The translations under genes were made by a program, and so were the position numbers. A stretch of 64,000 nt of DNA, taken from the IMG/VR virus record IMGVR_UViG_3300042449_000993, positions 64,001 to 128,000 of that record, one strand, 5' to 3'. Positions 58,150-64,000 of this stretch are shown here, piece after piece. Position 1 is the stretch's first letter; every line of letters begins with the position of its first letter. The notes beneath the pieces are model-generated. The model saw nothing but the letters and a program-made list of their open reading frames with translations. It made no database searches and was not told the DNA's origin. The DNA is from a virus.

Positions 58150-58779
58150 ATGCTTGTGATGAATGTGTATAAACTTCGTGATGATATTGAACTTCCAACA
58201 TACGGCACTTCTTTAGCAAACTGTTTTGATTTGTCATTCCAACCAACATCAAATGTTGTAAATGGATATGATTCATTTAACGCACCTGTTGAAAGAGAAG
58301 TAAATGGATTTGGTGAAGTTTCTATCTATCCTGGTGATCGTTTATTGATCCCAACTGGATTAATTTTCAAAATCGAACGTTATGTTACGATTGAAACATT
58401 TGCAGACATTGCACGACATGATGCTGAACTTCCGCTTCAGAACTATAGCATTCGTCTTCATCCTCGCTCAGGACTTTCGCTTAAGAAAGGATTGATCCTA
58501 GCAAACAGCGAAGGCATCGTTGATGTTGATTATCAAGAAGAAGTGTTTGTGCTTTTGACAAACGTTTCCAAGATGCATCAGACAATTCGTCGCGGCGATC
58601 GTATTGCTCAGGCTGAAGTTGTATCAAACAATCCATTCGCATTTAAAGTTATCGCATTAAGACCAGAGAAGCATTCTGAAAGATCTGGTGGATTTGGTTC
58701 AACTGGGATTTCGTTGAATACAGAAACTCCGCCAATGGAAGAATGGCACGTCGACGGACCAACAGAGTTTCCTAAATAG
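58150..58779 (+). CDS. dut: Trimeric dUTPase
   Basis: PRSGLS, GIVDVDY, GDRIAQ, RSGGFGSTG. Confidence 0.92.
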   Translation: MLVMNVYKLRDDIELPTYGTSLANCFDLSFQPTSNVVNGYDSFNAPVEREVNGFGEVSIYPGDRLLIPTGLIFKIERYVTIETFADIARHDAELPLQNYSIRLHPRSGLSLKKGLILANSEGIVDVDYQEEVFVLLTNVSKMHQTIRRGDRIAQAEVVSNNPFAFKVIALRPEKHSERSGGFGSTGISLNTETPPMEEWHVDGPTEFPK

Positions 58780-58846
58780 AATTGGAATGCCCATTTGGGG
58801 TTCCGTTTCTAAAATGTCACTTGCTTATTAAAGGAGTACACAAATG
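58778..58846 (+). promoter_or_regulatory. ROSE-like RNA thermometer in the hsp20 5' UTR, downstream of a CTAAATA late promoter
   Basis: ACUUGCUU-auua-AAGGAGU hairpin with bulged G opposite the SD, plus an upstream hairpin. Confidence 0.6.
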
Positions 58847-59284
58847 ACAAATATCACTACACTTTCGTCAACCTACGGACTCGATCGTCTTCTACCAACC
58901 GCTCTTGGGTTTGAGAATTCGTTCGCAGCTCTCGATAATGCTGCTCATCTATTTACAGCATCTCAAACTGCATTTCCTCCAGTGAACATCGTCAAGAAAG
59001 ACGAATACAACTTTATCATTGAACTTGCAGTTGCTGGATACAAACAAGATGAGATTGAAATCACTGCCGAGAGAAACTCTCTCAAAGTCACAGGCAAAAA
59101 GTCAGAAGAAGAAGATCGCAATTATCTTGTAAAGGGTATTGCTGGTCGTAAATTCTCACGCCAATTTGTTTTGTCTGACACAGTAGTGGTTCGTGATGCA
59201 AACCTTGCTGATGGTATTCTTTCTATTGAACTAGAAAATGTCATTCCTGAAGAACAGAAGCCTCGTAAGATTGAAATCAAATAA
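58844..59284 (+). CDS. hsp20: Small heat-shock protein (Hsp20/IbpA-like)
   Basis: FPPVNI, IELAVAG, GIAGRKFSRQF, GILSIEL, PEEQKPRKIEI. Confidence 0.94.
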   Translation: MTNITTLSSTYGLDRLLPTALGFENSFAALDNAAHLFTASQTAFPPVNIVKKDEYNFIIELAVAGYKQDEIEITAERNSLKVTGKKSEEEDRNYLVKGIAGRKFSRQFVLSDTVVVRDANLADGILSIELENVIPEEQKPRKIEIK

Positions 59285-59394
59285 TGCAATCACTAGAAAT
59301 CTTTATCTTACTTTTAATTGGTGCTTTTAGCATCGCATATTTCTTTAGAGATAAATCTAAAAATAGGGAAAAAGAAGATAACTGGTTTCTATAA
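59284..59394 (+). CDS. Single-TM microprotein (36 aa, not in the ORF track)
   Basis: TAATG coupling to hsp20; MQSLEIFILLLIGAFSIAYFFRDKSK... Confidence 0.45.
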   Translation: MQSLEIFILLLIGAFSIAYFFRDKSKNREKEDNWFL

Positions 59395-59409
59395 CTGAGA
59401 AAACATATT

Positions 59410-59889
59410 ATGCATAATGATGAATTAACGTGGGATGAATTGTTTATCTTACAGGCTACTCTGATCTCTCAGAAAAGCAAGGACCCGTCGACAAAGGTGG
59501 GGTGTATTATTGTCAATGATGATAATGTCATCTTGTCGACGGGTTTTAATGGATTCCCTCGAGGAATCGAAGAAGATTGGAAAGATCGATGGAAGAGTCC
59601 AGAAAAGTATCACTGGGTTGAGCATGCTGAACGCAATGCAATCTTCAACGCCGCACGTGTTGGTGTTTCACTCAACAATTCTCGTGCATATCTAAACTGG
59701 GAACCAAAGCCATGCGCTGATTGCACACGCGCATTGATCCAAGCAGGAATCAAGGAAGTCATCGGACCAAACCGACCATTCTCTGGTAAGGGTGCAGGAA
59801 AGCATTACTCGATCGAGCACGCAGAAGTCATGCTGCGCGAGGCTGGTGTTAAAATTAGAACATGGGATATGCCAAAAGAACTCATATGA
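59410..59889 (+). CDS. cd: dCMP deaminase
   Basis: SKDPSTKVG, GFNGFPRG, HAERNAI, PCADC. Confidence 0.92.
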   Translation: MHNDELTWDELFILQATLISQKSKDPSTKVGCIIVNDDNVILSTGFNGFPRGIEEDWKDRWKSPEKYHWVEHAERNAIFNAARVGVSLNNSRAYLNWEPKPCADCTRALIQAGIKEVIGPNRPFSGKGAGKHYSIEHAEVMLREAGVKIRTWDMPKELI

Positions 59890-60350
59890 GTATACACGAC
59901 CCTCATGAATTCATAAAATATAAATTGTCAGCTGACACTCATGTTCGCGATGGAAGAAATCTATACGAACATTTATGCAATGTTGAAAAAATTCTCAAAA
60001 TTTGTGGATGTGATGACAGCGTTTGTTTAGCTGGATTATTTCATAGTGTTTATGGCACATCAAAATGGCGTCATGAAAGTATTAGAGATAGAGAATTGGT
60101 TAGAAGTATCATTGGAGAAAGAGCAGAACATCTTGTTTGGATTTTCAGTAATGCAAAAAGACCATTTTGTTGGTTGTTTGGAGAAAATATTCCAATGACT
60201 GATGGATCATTTGCTCGCGTTGATCGTGATACATTGCATGACCTTCATATGATTGAGGGTGCGAATCTCCTCGAGCAACAGGGTGGGTTGGTTGAGATAC
60301 TTTCATTCGCCTCTATGCAGAGCCCAGAGGAACTCCGAGGAGAGAGATAA
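59886..60350 (+). CDS. HD-like domain protein (DUF6817-like)
   Basis: LYEHL, LAGLFHSVYGT, IGERAEHLV. Confidence 0.6.
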   Translation: MSIHDPHEFIKYKLSADTHVRDGRNLYEHLCNVEKILKICGCDDSVCLAGLFHSVYGTSKWRHESIRDRELVRSIIGERAEHLVWIFSNAKRPFCWLFGENIPMTDGSFARVDRDTLHDLHMIEGANLLEQQGGLVEILSFASMQSPEELRGER

Positions 60351-60407
60351 GGGTATCGGGAACCCTAAAACAACGCCGCTCTCTCGGCTCTCTCCTCGGC
60401 GAGAGAG
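60335..60407. repeat. GC-rich nested inverted repeats
   Basis: ccgaggagagag 60335-46 / ctctctcctcgg 60388-99; ctctctcg 60379-86 / cgagagag 60400-07. Confidence 0.8.
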
Positions 60408-60412
60408 GATGC

Positions 60413-60480
60413 CGTAAGTTATTGATTTTATTCGATTTTTCTCTGTTGTGTTTTCCTGTGATTCAGGTAGAATATGCAAT
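60413..60480 (+). promoter_or_regulatory. Repeated promoter unit copy 4 (TTGTGT-16-TAGAAT)
   Basis: Same motif and 33-nt offset to the -35. Confidence 0.72.
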
Positions 60481-60666
60481 ATGAGTAAGCAATATCACTT
60501 TATCGACGCCCAAAACGACAAGTTCGGTGCCCGACACACACTCTGGCATGTTGGGAATTATCACTATCAGATTGAATGCCGCTCTACTGGCAACAAAATC
60601 GACCTTCCTGACACCAGTTTCGAACAGGCAAAACAGGTGTTCGAGGACGTGCTCGTAAGTTATTGA
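60481..60666 (+). CDS. Small hypothetical early protein
   Basis: ATG at the predicted TSS; ends inside repeat copy 5. Confidence 0.6.
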   Translation: MSKQYHFIDAQNDKFGARHTLWHVGNYHYQIECRSTGNKIDLPDTSFEQAKQVFEDVLVSY

Positions 60667-60720
60667 TTTTATTCGGTTTTTTCCTATTGCGTTTTTCTTG
60701 GTTTCAGTTAGAATATAATT
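60654..60720 (+). promoter_or_regulatory. Repeated promoter unit copy 5 (TTGCGT-16-TAGAAT)
   Basis: Same motif and 33-nt offset to the -35. Confidence 0.72.
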
Positions 60721-60993
60721 ATGAAAAGCGAAAACACTATTGTAAAAATCGGTGACGTTGTTAAGTCTCTTGACTTCGTTGGTATCAATGACTGTTATTA
60801 TGTCGGTCTCGTGGTCGGCATCAGCAAGATGGATGGCACTTTCCGCGCCAAGACCATCAAGCGTGTGTGGCAGGGTCAGTTGGACAAGAAGTTTCCGTCT
60901 GACTTCTTCACTGCTCCGCTTCCTGGCAATTCTTTCTTCGACGATATGGCTGAAGAAAAGGGTGTCGATTCTCGCGTGCAGGTGGTTGCCTAA
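60721..60993 (+). CDS. Hypothetical protein (SH3/KOW-like beta pattern)
   Basis: VKIGDVVKSLDF...YYVGLV. Confidence 0.6.
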   Translation: MKSENTIVKIGDVVKSLDFVGINDCYYVGLVVGISKMDGTFRAKTIKRVWQGQLDKKFPSDFFTAPLPGNSFFDDMAEEKGVDSRVQVVA

Positions 60994-61217
60994 TGAACAT
61001 CGATGACCGACATGGTAGTCCGTATGATCGTGGTCGCGCTGACAGTTATTATCGTCGCGCTCGAAGTCCGCACTATATGAAAAGTGACATCAATGGTTAT
61101 GTGACTTTCAATAGTGCTCGCGTGTTCGAGAAAGAAATGACTGCGAAACAAATTGTTGAGTACAATCTTGGCTTCGACGTGAATGAAGCAGAACAAAATT
61201 TTAAGGAGTGGGAATAA
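60993..61217 (+). CDS. Conserved phage hypothetical protein
   Basis: RHGSPYDRGRADSYYRR; TAATG coupling. Confidence 0.65.
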   Translation: MNIDDRHGSPYDRGRADSYYRRARSPHYMKSDINGYVTFNSARVFEKEMTAKQIVEYNLGFDVNEAEQNFKEWE

Positions 61218-61218
61218 T

Positions 61219-61443
61219 ATGAGAAAGCAAACTGAAACTTTGCTGAGTGAGGCGATCGATCTGGTGAACGGTGTCGATCATGTTCTGGCGAACACCATGA
61301 CTCAGTATGATCTGAGTGCCAAGGATTGCTACAACATGGCAGAGAAACTTGAGCGTGCGTGTCATGCACTGCTTGTTGTTGGTGATCGCAAGACGCAACA
61401 GGATCTGAACAAGATTCCGATGGGTGAAGGAGTGCCGTTCTAA
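61219..61443 (+). CDS. Hypothetical protein
   Basis: ORF in a tightly packed run. Confidence 0.55.
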   Translation: MRKQTETLLSEAIDLVNGVDHVLANTMTQYDLSAKDCYNMAEKLERACHALLVVGDRKTQQDLNKIPMGEGVPF

Positions 61444-61676
61444 TGGGATACTTCAAAAATTTAGAAATTGATGTCATTGAGATGTATCGCGTTGATGGTC
61501 TCAAGGAAGCAGAGATTGCAAAGATCACTGGCTTGTTATTGAGTGAAGTCAACGAGATTCTTGCTGCGTATGAGAATCGCGATGCTGACTACAATGAATA
61601 TGATACTGACATGGTCAGTTACGATGATCTGTCTTTTGATCCAGGTGACATTGACTACAATGCGGAGCATTACTAA
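61443..61676 (+). CDS. Small acidic protein with an HTH-like segment
   Basis: GLKEAEIAKITGLLLSEVNEIL; TAATG coupling. Confidence 0.55.
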   Translation: MGYFKNLEIDVIEMYRVDGLKEAEIAKITGLLLSEVNEILAAYENRDADYNEYDTDMVSYDDLSFDPGDIDYNAEHY

Positions 61677-61867
61677 TGGAAGACATGATGACAGAAAGCG
61701 AAATCTTTGCACTTTGCGTTAAAATGCAACATCTTGGGTATGCAGTTATTTGCTTCACTCCAGAAGAATTGCGTGGTGCAGATCCTGGTCATGTTCAAGA
61801 TCGTTTGGTTGAATTGGGTTGGGATGTAATTGATACTCTTGCCACTGAACCACGTGAGGGCGAATAA
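61676..61867 (+). CDS. Hypothetical protein
   Basis: Coupled ORF. Confidence 0.55.
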   Translation: MEDMMTESEIFALCVKMQHLGYAVICFTPEELRGADPGHVQDRLVELGWDVIDTLATEPREGE

Positions 61868-62088
61868 TGACAAACGAGTATCGTCGTTCTGTTCTTGCCC
61901 CCAAAGAGCGAGTAAAGTTTGATCCCCGCAATCGCAAGCACATGCTTGATTTTGCTAAATTTGTGAAGTATAATAGTTGGACAAACGGTTGCTCTTATTT
62001 CTTAGAAGATCCATACACGGATATTCCTTCCATGATTCGAGCAAAAATTGCTGATCACACATTATCTAAACTGGTGGAAAAAGTATGA
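61867..62088 (+). CDS. Hypothetical protein
   Basis: Coupled ORF. Confidence 0.55.
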   Translation: MTNEYRRSVLAPKERVKFDPRNRKHMLDFAKFVKYNSWTNGCSYFLEDPYTDIPSMIRAKIADHTLSKLVEKV

Positions 62089-62273
62089 GCGAAGGTGACT
62101 TTGAAGTATTAACACTCGGCACAATCGAAGAACTTCGAACTCTTCGAAAATTTGCAAAAGAAATGATTGCATTCAGTAAAATACATGACATGCCTCTGCC
62201 GCATGAGATGCGTGTAGGAATTACTGCATTAGAAGAGTTTTATCAAAGTCACATTGAGAAGTATCCGCAATGA
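62085..62273 (+). CDS. Hypothetical protein
   Basis: ATGA overlap. Confidence 0.5.
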   Translation: MSEGDFEVLTLGTIEELRTLRKFAKEMIAFSKIHDMPLPHEMRVGITALEEFYQSHIEKYPQ

Positions 62274-62590
62274 TGGTCTACTGCGCTGCGCGTTTCAAAC
62301 CAAAGAAGAAGCGCAAACCGAAAGGTATCATTGCGAAGAAGTATAACAAGTCCTCGGCGATTCTCGGTGTTGAGAAGTTGCCGAGTTTGTCTTATGGTTC
62401 ACGAGTTGGGGCTGATGCTGCTCGCAGTGTTCAGTCGCTCAACTCTGATAAGATCTTTACAGAAAAAAGAGAGAGCCTGATGTACACAGGTTCTTTGGTG
62501 AAGGGTATTGCTACGATGCACAAATCAAACGCAGTGCCTGTAATCGACGAAGAGCAAATGAAAGATATCTCTCGCATGAGGCGAGGCTAA
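62270..62590 (+). CDS. Conserved basic phage protein
   Basis: YTGSLVKGIATMHKSNAVPV...DISRMRR. Confidence 0.65.
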   Translation: MMVYCAARFKPKKKRKPKGIIAKKYNKSSAILGVEKLPSLSYGSRVGADAARSVQSLNSDKIFTEKRESLMYTGSLVKGIATMHKSNAVPVIDEEQMKDISRMRRG

Positions 62591-62605
62591 CATAGGAGAT
62601 TTTTT

Positions 62606-62815
62606 ATGAGTATTCGTTCAAAGGCTATTATTGAAACTGCTAAAACACTTGCGGCATTAATTGTTGCTGGTGTTGCATTCTATTTCATTCTTGATATTCT
62701 TGGACCAACAGTTGGGTTGATTCTAATGCTTGTTTCTTTGGTTGGATGGTTCACTTGGCTAACATATGATTTTTATGTTCACAAGTTCACTCTCCAAGAT
62801 AAGTGGAAACTCTGA
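62606..62815 (+). CDS. Small two-TM membrane protein
   Basis: AGGAG RBS; two hydrophobic stretches. Confidence 0.6.
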   Translation: MSIRSKAIIETAKTLAALIVAGVAFYFILDILGPTVGLILMLVSLVGWFTWLTYDFYVHKFTLQDKWKL

Positions 62816-63012
62816 TCAGTCCTTGTAAGGGAATCTGCAAATTAGACACCCAACGTGAGTATTGCGTTGGGTGTTTTCGCACAACTGCAGAAATAACTGC
62901 TTGGACAAAGTTGCCTTTGTTCGAAAAAGAGCGTATAATCAAAGAATGTAAAGAACGCGAAGAGAATTTTATAAATGATGGGAAAATTTCTTTGTCTAAT
63001 TGGAATTCATAA
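62803..63012 (+). CDS. DUF1289-family Cys-rich protein
   Basis: SPCKGICKLD...CVGCFRTTAEITAW. Confidence 0.8.
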   Translation: METLISPCKGICKLDTQREYCVGCFRTTAEITAWTKLPLFEKERIIKECKEREENFINDGKISLSNWNS

Positions 63013-63142
63013 TTGGGAAAAGTTGTGGAGACCAAGTCGCTGCCCATACCACACAGCAGAAATTCTTGTGAGTAAGACTTGCACACGATGCGGCAAAACG
63101 GTGGAAGCACCGCCGCCAAAGCATTCATCTGACGAAGATTGA
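62975..63142 (+). CDS. Small putative Zn-binding protein (55 aa, not in the ORF track)
   Basis: LCLIGIHNW...CTRCGK; fills the gap before 63144. Confidence 0.55.
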   Translation: MMGKFLCLIGIHNWEKLWRPSRCPYHTAEILVSKTCTRCGKTVEAPPPKHSSDED

Positions 63143-63143
63143 T

Positions 63144-63746
63144 ATGAGTAAAGGTATTCACATGCATGAATTGTTTGTCACACCAATGTGGCATTCTTCT
63201 CTTGCTGACTATGGAACTCATAAAGAAGGAATTTTAAATTATCTCAATGAGGTTCGCAAAACGCAACCAAGTGCATTGAGATCAAACATGAATGCGTATC
63301 AGTCGCATCCAACGTTGATCCTAACAGAAGAATTGGCTCCTGTCTTTAAGCATATCATGGAAGATATGATGAGAGTTGTGATTCAAGATTGTGAATTAAA
63401 AGTTACTTCAGCGTCTCTGACGTATGCTTGGGTCAACTTTAATGACAATAGAAGTGCATTTAATATGCCTCATACTCATGCTGAAACTTTTTCTGGAGTT
63501 TTTTATGCGCAAATCCCAGAGAACAGCGGAGTGCTTGTAATCAATAATGACGCATCAAATTCTTTATGGGATGGAAATAACTTTTCCGATATGACGAATA
63601 AATACCTTCGGGCGAATTATCCAATTTTCCCGAAAGAGGGTGACATTTATATTTGGCCATCTTATTTGGAACATTTTGTAACTCCGAATAATCATGACGA
63701 TTGTAGAGTCTCCATTTCTTTCAATATCAAATGTGCAAATTCGTAA
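63144..63746 (+). CDS. 2OG-Fe(II) oxygenase (TIGR02466-like)
   Basis: AWVN, PHTH, FSGVFY, PKEGDIYIWPSYLEHFV, RVSISFN. Confidence 0.82.
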   Translation: MSKGIHMHELFVTPMWHSSLADYGTHKEGILNYLNEVRKTQPSALRSNMNAYQSHPTLILTEELAPVFKHIMEDMMRVVIQDCELKVTSASLTYAWVNFNDNRSAFNMPHTHAETFSGVFYAQIPENSGVLVINNDASNSLWDGNNFSDMTNKYLRANYPIFPKEGDIYIWPSYLEHFVTPNNHDDCRVSISFNIKCANS

Positions 63747-63755
63747 AGGTGATTT

Positions 63756-64000
63756 ATGGCTAATGTTAAATTTGAATACACAGGTAAGTTGAGCGACGGT
63801 CGTTTCTTCGATGAAGATTCGAAAAAGAAAGTTGTTATTGAACTTGATGATAGCGATTTGACTGTTGATGAAATGCTTGAAGAGTTTATGAACTTTATGC
63901 AAGCAATCGGATACAAGTTCGAAATCGGTGATCGTTTCGAAGTCACTAATGACTTTAAAAATTTTGAAGAGCGATTAAATCCAAACTCTCAAGATTCTGG
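63756..64000 (+). CDS. Hypothetical protein, 3'-truncated by the window edge
   Basis: AAGGT RBS; open to the end (MANVKFEYTG...). Confidence 0.55.
   Translation, partial: MANVKFEYTGKLSDGRFFDEDSKKKVVIELDDSDLTVDEMLEEFMNFMQAIGYKFEIGDRFEVTNDFKNFEERLNPNSQDS

Noticed and set aside
41777-60723. CGTAAGTTATTGATT repeats as a CRISPR array or integron attC sites
   Set aside because: Copies are dispersed and separated by whole genes, are not palindromic, and no cas or integrase gene is present; a promoter architecture explains them.
1-64000. Stop-codon reassignment
   Set aside because: The standard code gives full-length core genes at high density, and TAA, TAG and TGA all end genes.

Overview
A 64-kb segment of a large T4-like myophage genome; every gene I can support is on the + strand. 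In order: (1) 1-18.9 kb, fibre/adhesin genes (collagen plus beta-helix tailspike, an NYN/ANQP repeat protein, two long heptad-repeat fibres) interleaved with 2OG-Fe(II) oxygenases and glycosyltransferases. (2) 18.9-33.2 kb, the T4 neck-terminase-tail-head module (gp13-gp23, gp3) with TATAAATA/CTAAATA late promoters. (3) 33.4-41.8 kb, uvsY, uvsW, gp55, gp47, gp46 and peptide deformylase. (4) 41.8-47 kb and 60.4-64 kb, early-type accessory genes; five sit behind a repeated unit made of an IHF-consensus site, a sigma70 promoter and an apparently leaderless ATG. (5) 47-54.9 kb, a candidate DNA hypermodification operon (TET/JBP dioxygenase, class II glutamine amidotransferase, amidoligase, GNAT, amino-acid:DNA transferase, P-loop kinase, glycosyltransferase-like gene, dNMP kinase). 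(6) 54.9-60.3 kb, gp45, gp44, gp62, regA, dUTPase, hsp20 with a ROSE-like 5' UTR, and dCMP deaminase. Best leads: the TET/JBP-initiated hypermodification operon; a prolyl-hydroxylase plus GT60 (Skp1-type) cassette beside Pro-rich virion proteins; and the IHF-box leaderless promoter cassettes. All calls come from reading motifs by eye; no database searches or folding programs were run.
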